Shown piece after piece: positions 43,084 to 59,266 of a stretch of DNA of 64,000 nucleotides; the first letter of the stretch is position 1; the number at the start of each line of letters is the position of its first letter. Under the pieces are notes generated by a model, which saw only the letters and a list, made by a program, of their open reading frames with translations, was not told the origin of the DNA and made no database searches. The position numbers and the translations under genes were made by a program. Location of the stretch: NCBI RefSeq assembly GCF_009914755.1, contig NC_060926.1, one strand, 5' to 3'. The DNA is from the human T2T-CHM13v2.0 reference genome, Homo sapiens.

Positions 43084-45544
43084 TAAAAGTAGCTTTTTAA
43101 GAGAGAACACCCTTAGCCATCTCTGGCTGAATTGGAGGTTATGTTGTCCCAGGTTAGTATAAGTCTTTCTTTGTACATGATAACTATTACAGGATTTATC
43201 TCCTGAAATTTAATGCTTCTCTTTGACATTCAGGATTAACATGTATAGAACCACCCTTTTCATCTCTATCCCCTTTCTCTCCTACAGCTCTGATTTAAAA
43301 TAAATTGGAACCAAAACATACCCAGGTGATTATGAGAGCGATTCCAACATACTTTAAGAGTAAGGTCCCACAGCTGCAACTTCAACTTGCCTATTTATAT
43401 TACATTAGACACCCATCAGAGGTGATTGAACATTGGCAGAAAATTAATCAACTCTGTTCCATTAAATGGTCAGTTTGCTGCAGCTCAGGAAAGCTGGCCC
43501 CATTTCCTTCGTGTCTCATTATGTTCTCATCTGAAACTTGTATAGTTTTCATTCGGATTGTTGCAATTTAAAATACTCTGATAAATGCCTAGTTGTGTCC
43601 GTATTATTTACGGATCACCCTGGTTAAGATACTGAGTGAACTAAATTTGCAATGCAGAAATCATTGCACAGGTAGAAATCATAATGAATTGCAAAAGTAG
43701 TGAGGATCTTCAGGGTGCTTTGGGTCTTCCCACCTCTAGCTTTCTTTAGCAATACACTTCTTTTGGCACTTTACAATATGTGTATGTATGTGTAATAGAT
43801 AGCCATCTATTTATAAACTAGGGTACTTGTTTTAAAAACCTGATTTAGATTAAGAATAAGATTAGCTGGCTTTAAAGCTCTTATACATAAGTACCTCACA
43901 TGGTTAACAATCACTGTGGGCTAGCTCTAAGTCTGGAATAATCTGTGATTTAGAACCTTCCTCTTGCTGTATTCTGACTTAATCTGCTCAGTTCTTTGCT
44001 TTTTCCATGTCCACCTACACACCACTGTCCATTTTCCTGCAACCTTTTTGCTGTCAGTCAAGTGACAGCCTTGGATAGAATCTTTGTGTGCCAAGACCTC
44101 CTGAGGCCCAGCACCACATTTAGATGGAAAAAGCGAGGGGTGGCAGAAACACAAGGGATTCTTCAAACGCTGGGGGTGGGAGACTATTAGTGGGAGGTTT
44201 TTGGTGTATAGCTCCTTCAGAAACTGCTTTCTCAAACACACACAAAAATGCAAACACATATACCAAACCCCCACATCTGCAGCCTAGCACCAGTGTAATG
44301 TAAAATCATCCTGGAAGTCAACCATTCCAAGACTTGTTGAGGCAAAGAATAAAGCACCCTTGCTGTACTTTAACAGGGGTTGGAGCCCAAGAATAGCCCT
44401 AGTTTCTATCCTAATGTGAGTGATCCGATGTGTCTAGATTTCCCTTTCTTGGATTGACTGACTCTTAGCTGACCTGTAAGTACTAACATCTCTTCCTAAA
44501 ATTACTTGGGAACATTTGTTTTTGCTAATTGGAGAGAAGCAGGAGGAATGTTCTGCTTATTACTTTGTACAGGTTTCACCCTGTATAATTTAATGTCTTA
44601 ATATTGAAGGGAGGTTGCATCTTATAATACGAAGCCACACTTTTAAGACCTTTCTATTTGTAACAGTGCATTACTTCCCTGAAAAGTCAGATAGGTCATT
44701 AATACAAATTAGGTTTTGATCTCTAGAAAAAGAGCCTGAATTGAGGCATAGGCCTTATTTTTATTACTTTGTTTTTAGTTGGTGCCATCTGCATTCTGAT
44801 TATAGAGTCTCTTAAATTTGACTTCATATTCCTGATCAGCTAAAGTTACAGGATCTTTATACAAAATGTTCCAAGTTTTTTCACTAAAACTACCAGCAAC
44901 CTGATATTCTCTAAAAATAAAGAGATTATTTTCACCTTGTCATTAGAAATAAAATATATTTGCTTCTGTCTCAATTAAGGCACATGTCACCTGAAATATG
45001 TAATACGTTATAAGATAATAATATACTAAAATGAACTTTTTACATTAGCCATACTCAAGTTTTACTTTTCTTGTGTTTCTATTTCTGGGTTTCTTTTATT
45101 GGAGATAAGAAGGTATGAAAGTAAAAACTGTGAATGATATAAATTTGAATATTGTGGTTTATCTACCTATATAAATTGTCTGTTTTGCCGTCTGTCTCTT
45201 ACAACAATTGAGTTTCTCATCTAGCAAGGCAAAAGGCAAGCAGCAGTAGTTATTCAGGGGCAAGAGTATAACCAATAAACCTGAGCAAATAACTTTATAA
45301 CCCTGGAGCTTATTTGAGATGTTAACACAGATGCTTGGCAAATCCATGGGGAATGTTTGGCAAATGTTTGATTCACCAATGCCTTAAACTTGTTAAGCAT
45401 AAAGCTAATAATTACCAAGAAAATAATTTTGTGATTTTTTTTCTGAACATAATCTCTAAAAACAGTGCTTCTTTTTAATACTTAGTATAAAAATAGAAAA
45501 GGCTATGAAATGCAAAGAAGGCAAGAAGGCTGGGAAATTATGTG

Positions 45545-45569
45545 CACACACACACACACACACACACAC
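45545..45569. repeat. (CA)n microsatellite
   Basis: About 12 CA units. Confidence 0.93.
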
Positions 45570-47629
45570 GACTGAAGTGTGGCAAAGATAAAGCTTTTAA
45601 CATTTAAAATTAAAGCCATATTATTGATTACTCAGTTTACACAGATTCTTTTTCAAAGATAATTTACATATTTATAATTCTGTAATATGTTTTGCTATTC
45701 GTATTCTGATAAAACACATGCAGAATTTAAATCTAGTATCATTTAGTGTTCAACTTTTTTGACGGTTGATTAATTTTCAAAATGATGAAATTGTTGAGAA
45801 TAAATGAAATAGTACTCGGATTTAGTATTTTAAAGCTCTGGAAACTCCCAATAAATTATACTTGGTTATGGATAGATATTGGCTTTTAGTAAGTTGTCTT
45901 CTTTAGTAAGATAAAGCCAAGAATAATATTGGTCTTTAGAATTCAATTTGGGTTGGTTTGGTGTATTTCAATACAAAGTGTACCCGGAGATTATCTGTAC
46001 AAATATCACACATGTGCACACACAGGCACAAACTCACACAAACCCAGAAATACTCTGTAAGCCACAGAGGTTCATTATTTCCAAAGAATATGCCTGCTAA
46101 GTAATACTTCTTAGCTTCTAACTCAGAATAAAAGCAATTTATATAAAGGAGGGGGAAGGATGTTGGTTATTAAAGAAAAAATAGACTTAATTAAAGTCAG
46201 CACCTGTATACAATTGCCTCTTTAAGCCTCAAGATAAGTTATTGATTTTCTTTTTTAAATCCATATTATTAAATTTCTCTTTAATTCTTTCTTTACCGTG
46301 GAATACATATATTTTTTTTCAATGTATGTTCAGTGTATTTCATTTGGGAAATAATAATCATAAAAATAAGTTTCTGAATGTATACAGTATAGAGGGATAT
46401 TTCCCTATATATATTTTCATAAATGATTAGTCTGTAACTAATCCATGAAATAAAATTAAAGTAGCTGATGGTGAAAAATTTCCCAAAACTTTGGGAGGTT
46501 TACTTTTTTTCTGTGCTCACATAGAATTTGCATTGACTTTCTTTATGGGGTCCAATCATTATAGCCATTGAAGGAACAAATTTAGATTTTCATGAAGTTA
46601 CTTGCTTGCTGCCACACGAAAGTGAATGGACTTGTGTTATATCATATTGGACAAATGTGCCCACTTCTGTAAACAGGATATCTCATTACATTTCCTATTG
46701 TCTCTGCAGTCAACTTTGGGTTTCAGGAGCTTGAGGACTGTTTTCCAAAGCTGCAGACATTTGCTGCTGCTTCTAGCTGGTTATTTGCCCCCAACAAAGA
46801 GAGGAAAGGCATAAATCCCCAAACAAACACAAATAGCTTAGCTGATTGTTAGCAACTGTGCTTAAAAGTTTGATGGTTTTGAATAGCCAATTGGTGGTTA
46901 AAATGAGGTTTAGAGAAGCTAGGGCTATTCCATTTTTACCTTTGTTCTCACTTTTTCCAGGAATCAAAGATAATTTAAAATTGGCTGAACTTTAAAAATA
47001 TTCTCAGAATTAAGCATTATCTAAAAATTGATTTCTTCTTGGATATGGCATAGAAGACTCACACACAGATGTAATGTTGGCGTTTTTGACCATTTGAGAG
47101 TAGCCTTGATTGCCCATGACATGTGATTTGTAACTTTATTGAGACTCACATTTGATTTCAGTGCTTTAAGGCCAAAATAGGGGAGGCAATCATTTGGAAG
47201 ACCCTCACTGATCATTTGAATTCAGCTCTTCTCAGCTCTCATGTTCTCTGCTTCTCATCTCGCACACAGTAATTCTCTTTACTTTTATTACATTCTAGGA
47301 GGGAAATGTATGTCTACATGAGAGTTTCAGTTTCTTCATCTCTAAAATGGGGCTAACAATAGTGACTAACTCAGGACTGTTTTAAGAACTAAGTGAGACA
47401 CTCTATATAAAGTCATAAACAGAGTGCTTGACACAAAATAATTGGTTGCTGTTAATATTTTTGCACCTTAATTTGTGATTCAATGGGTGAAGTCACAGGT
47501 AATTACAGTAAATCATTAAAAAAAAGAACCATACATTTTTATTATTTAATATAATTGAAAGTTTTTTAAAAGAGTCTCACAAGTACTTTTCTACTGAAGA
47601 GTACTGTTCCCATTTGTCATTAGTCTTTT

Positions 47630-48722
<1,093 letters not shown>

Positions 48723-51251
48723 GTTATTAGTCTTACCAGAGACGGCTGCAATGTTAGTCCATCGGGAATCATCTCCTTCCCATGCACTGTCTCTTTCAGA
48801 GATTAATTTGTTTTTATATTTAGTATTTTATGTTAGACTTTACCTGTTGCAGAATGCATGGGTGTATGTGTGTACATGTGTGCAAGCTGTCTCTTTGCCT
48901 GGCTATCAGCGTGAGCCACAGCTTCTTTTCACATCTTTTCACATCTGAAATTTACATTGAAATACAGACATCAGTCAAAATTGCTCTCTTCCAAAGACAA
49001 TACAATCTTAATTAACAGAAAGTGTATTATGCTTAAAATATAACAAAGCAGAACATGGAAATCAAACAAGTTAGCTCAGGGTACTACAAAAGCATGTTAA
49101 ATAATGAACGGAATACCACATTAGAAGGCAAGAGCCCTAGATTCTGTATTGTTTGATGTTGGACAAGTAGATGCATCTCTTTAAGCCTTATGTTCTAATC
49201 TAGATCATCTTGATTGTCCCTTTCAACTCTAATAAAATAACATAATCTTAGCTCTATCAATTTCCACATATTTTCCTTGGGGAAGAATCAAGTTTCAAAT
49301 TCAATCACTTCAAGGTAATTTTCTACTATTTATAAAGAAAGTAAAAATTGAACCAGGTCATATGCAACTTGATGTTTTTGTATGTAAATCCCTTATTTTC
49401 TGTAAAAATTCTATAAGGAGAATAGCTGAATCCTATTTTATATTTTATATAAAAAGGTCTGTTTTCTAAAATTACTTGTTTAAAAACTCAAATTTATTAA
49501 AAAACACAGACTACTCTGTGTATGTAACTTTTATTGTAATGTTAACCTTTATTATGTTTATGAATGCAAGCTATGGATTCATAGCTCTCACAGCTAGAGG
49601 GTCTTCATAAATAAAGCAACCCACTCAGATCTGCATGTTTCAGATAGCAAGGCAATAAGCAAACCAACAGATGGATGCATTTTTAACTAGTCAGCCCATT
49701 GCTATCTTTTGGTAAGAAAATTCTCTTGCAGGTTGTAACAAAATCTTTCACTGGGTGGAAAAAGAAGTACAATCTCAGAATCACATGTTTTCTAAGAGAA
49801 TTATATATTTCAGTACTTTGATAACCTATTCAGATTTTGTATAGTGATAAATTAAACTAAATGATTGGTGTAAAAACAAATCAAGCAAAATAATTTAAGG
49901 TTATTGTAAATTTGAGAGACGAATAAAATTGCCGTCAGTATCTAGTTTCTTTTTTGTTTTAACTGAGTTGAGTAAGCCAGTATGATCCAATTCAATTCAA
50001 GGCTGTTTTTGAAATATTGTGAGAAAAGAATCTACAATATTATGCTTCAATTTTTAATTTGTATTATACTGACAAATAAGTTCGGAAAAAGATGCTCTTT
50101 GCTTTGGAAAAACTGCTATAAAAGTGAGAAGATAATATTTATCAAAAGAAGCCAGATGCAAAACTGTGAAAGGTTTTCAGAGATTATATTGGGTAGTTCC
50201 CAATATTAAATGAATATCTTTTCCTAAAAAGAAAAAAAATAGGCTATCAGATTATCTCTTCATATGCACAGAGAAAAGGGAATGGATAAATAAAGTAATT
50301 ATTTTGATAATCCAGGCACTTAAAACTTTTCTCTGAAATATCCACATGATTGATATGATAATTTTGACTGAATTAGTCAAATTGCTCTTTCACAGTTTGC
50401 CTTCTCATTACAGGAGTAGATACAATCTAAGTGTGGCTGTAACATTTATAAATGCAGAACACTAAACGCATAGCTTACAGTACCTTTCAAGATTCAACCG
50501 ATTATATACAATCACTTACCTTATGGCAACATAGGTAGTCACAATTTATCATCCTCTTCTTCAAAAGCACATACTTAGGACTTTTCCTCTGGAACCCTGT
50601 AGCAGTGCCATAGAAAACATTTCAATGTATGACACTCGACCATTCTGACCACTCAGTTATTGCCAACTACTGTGGCATATACATATATGAAATATAGGTA
50701 GCAGAGCAAACCCTGAGCAAATAATTAAATGAATAATGTTTTCCACGATAATTAGTCCATTTTATAAAATGTGTTAATATCAAAATAGTATATACTTCTG
50801 CAGAAGCTACAAAAATGCCATCAGTCCTAAATTGAAAGTTTAATGGGATGTTTCTATCGCAAATCTGATAACAATTTGCTAAAATTTTTATTTAATACGA
50901 CTACATTTTTATTTTTTTTAAGTTGGAAATACAGACTAGAGGGGAGAAACAGTTATACAAAGGCTCCAAATGATCTATTAATATCAGTAAACTCACTGTA
51001 AGAAACTGAAAGTGCCTCCTGGAATCTATTTTCATCACCTTGATGAAAATTATGTATATAAAACTAGATTTACCTTTTGTCTTCAGAAAATGGAGGAGGA
51101 ACAGATTTGTTGATTATGGCTAGAAAGATGAGAAAGATGCTTTAATGTTAATATTAAATGAGAGAAGGCAGAAGACCTATATAACTTAATTTTTCTTCTT
51201 TTTCACTGAGATGAAGAGATGGACTTTCTAACTGATAAGAAACAGGAAGGA

Positions 51252-51545
<294 letters not shown>

Positions 51546-51992
51546 GGAAACAGGAAGGAAAAAAGATCGAAAACTTAAGCAGTCAATAATCGGGTAGTGT
51601 GTTAGATGCCAGGCTATGGTGTTGACTAAAGCAGAAAAAATTTCTCCAGGATGAAAGGAAAAAAATGAAAATAAAGAGAAATCTTAAATGATTATAAATC
51701 TCTGAGTACAATCCAACTCTCTCTCGAGAAAATAAGGCAACTTACATGTGCAATTGTGGAATCATGATTGATCGTCTTTAAAACACATTGAGAATGAAAA
51801 AGATATGAAAAAACTGGCCAGTGACAAACGGCATCTTGGTATTTGAAGACTGAAAAGGCTAGGCTATAGAAACTACAAACTAGTAAGATTAATGATTATC
51901 TCTGGGAAAATGTCCTGACAATCCTAACAGATTATTAAACAGACAGCTTGGCAACATGTAGAGAAGGAAAAGGTAATTATTAGACATCAGAA

Positions 51993-52374
<382 letters not shown>

Positions 52375-53185
52375 TAAAGAGTTGTTAACTGCTATTATTT
52401 TCTGGTGGAATAAGTTGATCAGATAACATCATCATCTATCTTGATTTTAGAAAGAGTTGACAAAATCTCTCATATCTTAATGGGCAAGATGGTTCTGTCT
52501 AGTTCAACACACTTATCAGTGACTAAGAGGACATCAAAAGCATGTTTATCATATCTTTGGTACACAACTGAGAAGAATAGCTAATTCACTGAGCAAGAAC
52601 CAGACTTCAAATTCTCTTCATGCACTGGAAGAGTAGAATAAAGCCCCAAAGTGAAATTTTACTAAGATAAACATAAAGTCCTGGGTTTATATTTTTAGAA
52701 GGTCAATTATATAAGTCGATGATAAAGAAGCTGTGACTTTATATCAGTTGATGTGAGAAAAGATCTGTTAAGTTTAGTGGATGAAAAGCTCAACATGTTT
52801 CAACAACAGGATAGAGAAGATGATAAATCAAATGCAGTTTTAGGTTCACTAAACCAAACCCTAGTGTCCAGATGGAGAGAGGGGATGGTCCACGGTAGCT
52901 CCACAACTGTAGCTGGGGCTCCACTTCCGGAGTCCACATTTTTACAGAGACATTGACAAATGACAAAAATCTGGGGGAGGGCCACAAGAATGGTTGAGCC
53001 TCGAGGCCATGTCTTATGAGAAACTGTTGAGGGGAGTGGGTAATATTTAACAGAGAGAAGCAAAGCTTGGCAGACCATGACGGCAGTCCCCCAGTGAAGG
53101 GAGAGTTGTCATCTGGAAGAGGAGCACCCTCACTCAATTTTGTTCCAAGGGCAGAACTAAAAGCAGCAGATAGCTTTTAAAAAAA

Positions 53186-53318
53186 TTTTGTTTATTTATT
53201 CATTTTTTGAGACAGGGTCTCACTCTGGTCCAAGGTGGTCTTGAACTCCTGGGCTCAAGTGATACTCTTGCTTCCAGAGTAGCTGAGACTACAGGCATGC
53301 GCCACTACACCCAGCCAG
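53186..53318 (-). mobile_element. Short Alu monomer (FLAM/FAM-like)
   Basis: gagacagggtctcactct...aactcctgggctcaagtga...gccactacacccagcc. Confidence 0.8.
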
Positions 53319-53668
53319 CAGGTAACTTTATAAAAACAGCAGATTTCTTGTCAATATAAGGAAAAACTGTCTTAGAATTTGAGTTTTTCTGTATCTGCTG
53401 TTCTGTTAAGTAGTGGCCCCCAGCTCCGGTTAACCATCTATTAGCACCGTTGTACGAGGGAATTCCTGTGTTGATAGGAAAATTGAATTTCGTAACCTCT
53501 AAGAGTCTTTATGAAATGATGGCTGAAATAAGCAAATTGCAAGGCAATCTGGAAAGAATGAGCTGTGGAGGCTCTGCAGAGGATGACAGCTATTGAAAAT
53601 GTCTATGTGGATTAAGATGGGAGTACTGATCATAGGAGAGATTGGCAAGAGGAATTAATGATCTAGGA

Positions 53669-53999
53669 CAGTGCTGTCTGTAAGAATATAATGTGTAACA
53701 TATACGTAAGCCACATTTGTAAGCTTAAACATTTTAGCACCCATATTTAAAAAGTAAAAAGAACCAGGAGAAATTAACTTTAATAATATATTTTATTTTA
53801 CCCCATATATCCAAAATATTCCCATTTTAACATAGACTTAAGATTAATGAAGTTATCAAGGAGATATTTTACATTTTTTATATTAAGTATTTGAGGACCT
53901 TTGTTTATATTACACTTACAGGACATCTGAATTCACACTAATCTTATTTTGAGTGCTCAGTAACCACATATGGTAAGTGGCTACCATATTGGACAGCAA
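53669..53999. mobile_element. hAT-Charlie MITE (MER33-like)
   Basis: cagtgctgtc...aaaaagtaaaaagaaccagg...gtggctaccatattggacagca. Confidence 0.78.
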
Positions 54000-54999
54000 A
54001 GATGAGGGAAAAAAGTCTCTGAGCATGGCTAGTTAAAATAAAAGGGATTATTAGCAAAATCAAGGTGAACTGTACAGGTTACCAAGAAATTCTGGAGACA
54101 CGGCCAAAATAAAGAGGGTAACTGCGGAATGTTTTCATTTTGGCAGCCGCAAGAGTGATAAGAGCCAGGAATACAGGTGGAGTTTGACCAAACTGAGCAG
54201 AGAATCCAATTGAGGCTGAACTGCACCTGCCCCACTCCTGGTTGCTCTGGCAACCAGACTCCCTCCCCATGCTAATGACATTATAATGAGAACATCCACA
54301 TGCAAATGAATTAAGCAGTAATTACAGGCAGATCCTCACTTGTTCTACTAGCTCAGCTTAAGAGGGTGGTGGTTGAGAGAGGAGTTGGGGAGAGTTTGAT
54401 ACTGCACAGGGGAGACTGGGAAAGGAAAGAATTTGAGTTACAAAATAAAACGGTTATCTGGAACCTATATAACAGGCAATAAAGTCATGTGGTTACATAT
54501 TCACATTGTTACTTCCGTGGCTTTTCTTGCTGTTACCATTACTCATGGGAGAGAGACCACCCAGGCGGAAAAGGGGAAAGAACAGAGAAACAACAGTAAC
54601 TCTATAGGAAAGGCACAGATTTTGGGAGAAATGTCATCTTCCTCCCCTCCTTGGTCCTCCCATTTCAAAAGAAATTACTTATGGTTTGCTCTACCTTCCA
54701 ACCCATCCATGCGGAGCTACAGTGAAAACATCGAAACTCTGGAAAAAGATAAAAAGTAGAAAGAAAGCTTGTCTTTAATTCTTGGTTCTGATTTTTTCTT
54801 AATTGCTTTTTGTAGTTTTCCCCAAGTTGATCAGAGCCACGTTGTAATTAATGATGAATAAGTTGAATACTGAACTTCAGAAACTTGATAACCCTGGCCA
54901 CATGGAGACCTTTACTGATGTGGGAATAGTGTGTATACTGAAGTTTTGCATCTTATAGGAATTTTTAGGTTTCCAGAATCATGCTAGGTCTCTCATTAA

Positions 55000-55050
<51 letters not shown>
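55000..55050. repeat. (TG)n(TA)n compound microsatellite
   Basis: About 15 TG units flanked by TA runs. Confidence 0.93.
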
Positions 55051-55199
55051 ATGCTTACGTAAAGAAAGAATGGTTAATGATATGCTCAGAAAATATTCAG
55101 ATCAAACTATTAGACATGCATTGGGGGTACATCACTTTGGCTAGCATACCAATAGACATGATAACATTATTTACACTACACATCAATATATGGCCTTTA

Positions 55200-56068
55200 C
55201 TTTCCATCGTTCAAGGTGTTGAAGTGGGCCAGGCGCAATGGCTTAAGCCTGTAATCCCAGCACTTTGGGAGGCTGAGGCGGGTGGACCACCTAAGGTCAG
55301 GAGTTCAGGACCAGCCTGGCCTACGTGGTGAAACCCCGTCTCTACTAAAAATGCACACACACACAAAAATAGTTGGTCATGGTGGCAGGTGCCTATAATC
55401 CCAGCTACTCAGGAGGTTGAGGCAGGAGAATTGTTTGAACAGGGGAGGCGGAGGTTGCATTGAGCCGAGATCACGCCATTACATTCTAGCCTGGGCAACA
55501 AGAGTGAAACTCTGCCTCAAAAAAAAAAAAAAAAAAAAAAAAGATGTTGACGCGACGCGAGGACGTGGTGGGACCTCTGGTGCAAAATTCCGAATGTCCT
55601 TGAGTTTCCCGGTAGGAGCTGCGGTCAACTGTGCTGACAACACCGGAGCCAAAAGCCTGTATATCATCTCCACGAAGGGGATCAAGGGACGGCTGAACAG
55701 ACTTCCCGCTGCTGATGTGGGTGACATGGTGATGACCACAGTCAAGAAAGGCAAACCAGAGCTCAGAAAAAGGGTACCTTCAGCAGTGGTCATTTCACAA
55801 CAGAAGTCATACTGGAGAAAAGGTGGCATGTTTCCTTATTTTGAAGATAATGCAGGGGTCATAGCAAACAATAAAGGTGAGATGAAAGGTTCTGCCATTA
55901 CAGGACCAGTAGCAAAGAAGCGTGTAGACTTGTGATCCCAGATTGTGTCCAATGCTAGAAGCATTGCATGATTCTCCAGGATTATTTTTTTGTTAAAAAT
56001 AAAAATAAAAAACTTTAAGCCAATTAAAAAGTATTTGTTCCCAAAACAAAACAAAAAACCCCCCAAAA
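55200..56068 (+). pseudogene. RPL23P: RPL23 (uL14) processed pseudogene, interrupted by an Alu at the start codon
   Basis: Intronless RPL23-like sequence ([32 protein letters not shown]...[10 protein letters not shown]). ATG at 55544 is frameshifted by a 5-nt duplication; premature TGA at 55933-55935; ancestral stop at 55969-55971; AATAAA and degenerate A-tail; TSD atatggccttta at 55188-55199 and 56069-56080. Pseudogene number not determined. Confidence 0.95.
55227..55542 (+). mobile_element. AluS inserted into the RPL23 pseudogene
   Basis: Full Alu with long A-tail; TSD aaggtgttgaagtg (55213-55226) / aagatgttgacgcg (55541-55554). Confidence 0.93.
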
Positions 56069-56104
56069 ATATGGCCTTTAAATATGCATTCATAAAGGAA
56101 ATGA

Positions 56105-56285
56105 TAATCGCCTAATTACCTAGTGCTTACTATATTCCAGGGACTATTGTAAGTTGCACAGCAACCCTGTGAGATAAGCATTATTGTCAGCCCATTTTAC
56201 AGATAGGGAAACAAGGCAACTTGCCCAGGTTCCTAAGTGGCAGATCCAAGAACTGAATCCAGTTAGCTTAGCTCCAGAATCCACA
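56105..56285 (-). mobile_element. MIR
   Basis: cagcaaccctgtgagataagcattatt...cccattttacagatagggaaacaaggc. Confidence 0.7.
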
Positions 56286-56825
56286 GATGTGTATCATAAG
56301 ATATCAAGGATAGATCCTTCAAAAAGATAAACCAATCTTTGTCAACGTTTCACTAATCAACTATTTTGCTATCTAGTAGAACTACTAATACAGTATTGTA
56401 AAATTATTTATTATGACTATTACATTTAGAATAAAAAATGGAACAAGTAGGCCAGTTTGCCTGGAATGGAAGGTTCACTTAGGACGTAAGAGGAAGGTGT
56501 TGATAAGTGCCCAATTGTCAAGGAATACTGAATAAGAAAGGCTCCAGAAGGATGCCACTGAAAGTTTTTGATGTGAGGAAAACAGTATTTGAGGAAATGT
56601 AATTTAACAGTAGAGTGCAAATATAGCAGGGAAAAGAGATGAGTTATTGGGATCAGTTAAACTACATTTTTTACCCAAGCGCATGAATGTAATAATGGTA
56701 GTAGTATGGATGAAAATAATTAACAAACAGAAACTTTCAAGGCAAAAACCCAAATGAAACTCTGGATATTGGCTAAAGTGAGATAATTGAGGAATTAGGA
56801 TTAAATCTCAGACTTTCTGCCAAAG

Positions 56826-57150
56826 TTTATTTCTTTCTTTCATTTTCCTTTTTTTTTTCCTGAGATGCAGTCTTGCTCTGTCACCCAAGCTGGAGTGGTG
56901 TAGTGGCACGATCTCAGCTCACTGCAACCTCTGCCTTGGGTTCAAGTGATTGTCCTGTCTCAGCCTCCTGAGTAGCTGGGATTCCATGTGGGTGCCACCA
57001 CATCTGGCTAATTTTTTTTTGTATTTTTCAGCAGAGAGGGGGTTTCACTATGTTGACCAGGCTGGTCTCGAACTCCTGACCTCAAGTGATCCACCTATCT
57101 CAGCCTCCCAAAGTGCTGGGATTACAGGTGTAAGCCAATGCACCCAGGCA
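56826..57150 (-). mobile_element. AluS
   Basis: Full inverted Alu. Confidence 0.9.
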
Positions 57151-57169
57151 AGATAAGGGGAGGTTTCAG

Positions 57170-57416
57170 TGGCAAATGGATTCAGACACGATTTCAGTGT
57201 GGACATCTATGACTCTTGGGGCCAGATTATTCTTTGTTGTGGGCACTTCCCTGTGCATTGCAGGGTGCTTAGCAACACTCTTGGCCTCTACTCACTAGAA
57301 GCCAGTAGCACCCTTCCCAGTGCAACAGTGTCTCCAGACATTGCCACATGTGTGCTGGGATGGGGGTGGGCTGTGGAGGGAAAGCAATAAAATCACCCTT
57401 GATTGAGAAACACTGG
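57170..57416. mobile_element. MER20-like hAT DNA transposon
   Basis: ggggccagattattctttgttgtggg...ctgtgcattgcaggg...tgtctccagacattgcca...gattgagaaacactg. Confidence 0.82.
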
Positions 57417-57525
57417 TTTAGGGAATTAGAGTGTGAGTTTAGTAGAGGAGTTTGAGGCACTAGGTGGGACAAACAGGTGAGAGCATCAGGAGGCCTGGGA
57501 AAGGCAAAACTGAAATTCCAGAGAT

Positions 57526-57531
57526 TAGAGA

Positions 57532-57562
<31 letters not shown>
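57526..57562. repeat. (GA)n/(GAGACA)n microsatellite
   Basis: Direct reading. Confidence 0.9.
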
Positions 57563-57861
57563 CAGAGCTGAATAGGAAGATTTGAAGGTTTTGTATTATC
57601 TCACAAAGGAGCAATAGTGGATAAGATATCTGAAGTGGGGATTTAGAACAACACCAACAAAAAAAGCGTAGAACTCTGGAATAAACAAACTCAAAGGAAG
57701 AGAAACTACCCATGAAGGAAACATAGGCAGTGTCCTGAGGTGAGAAGAAGCCAAGGCTTGGCAATGAGATCAATCCCAAAGGTGAGAGCCGTGCAAAGGA
57801 GGGAAACCTTCAGTTCTCCAGGAGTGACAGAGAAGTCATTTGGACAGACACTGTTGGTTAG

Positions 57862-58185
57862 GGCCAGGCGCAGTGGCTCATGCCTGTAATCCCAGCACTT
57901 TGGGAAGCCAAGGCAGGTAGGTCACTTGAGGTCAAGAGTTCAAGAATAGCCTGGCCAAAATGGTGAAACTCTGCTTCTACCAAAAATATGAAAATTACTT
58001 GGGCTTGGTGGTACATGCCTGTAATCCCAGCTACCTGGGGGTGTGAGGCATGAGAATCGCTTGAACCAGGGAGCAGAGGTTGCAGTGAGTCAAGATTGAG
58101 CCACTGCACTCCAGCCTGGGCAACAGAGCGAGACCCCGTCTCAAAACAAAAACAAAAACAAACAAACAACAACAACAAAACCAAA
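57862..58185 (+). mobile_element. AluS
   Basis: Full Alu; TSD actgttggttag. Confidence 0.92.
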
Positions 58186-58435
58186 ACTGTTGGTTAGGAT
58201 GATGAACAGGTCCCCAGGAAAGACAAATTACATTGAGGTCTCTGTGGGTGGTGGTAGGGTGATGGTGTTGAACTAGATTTCAAAAATGTAAAGAGTGAGT
58301 GGAAGGTGAAGAAGAGAGGGTGGCTGGATTATTCTTTGGGGGCTGTTTGGCACCGACAATTAGAAAATGGCAAGGTCAATTAAACAGGAAGAATTTGCCT
58401 TTTTAAGATATAGAATGATACGGGGAGTTTTATGA

Positions 58436-58810
<375 letters not shown>

Positions 58811-58962
58811 TGATCTTCAAACAAGAAGGCAAACTTTTGGGATGAACATAGTGCTGTAAGCATCTCTTCTTAGAAATCTCAAGAGCAAAACATGGAACAG
58901 AAAATAAAGATGCCAATTTACTTCTTCATGAAACAGGAAAGCCAACTTAAAAAAAAACTTTG

Positions 58963-59266
<304 letters not shown>

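Noticed and set aside
55417-55935. 172-aa Alu-RPL23 fusion ORF as a functional gene
   Set aside because: Starts at TTG inside an Alu and runs through the A-tail; the true ATG is out of frame; many substitutions, a premature stop and retrocopy hallmarks.
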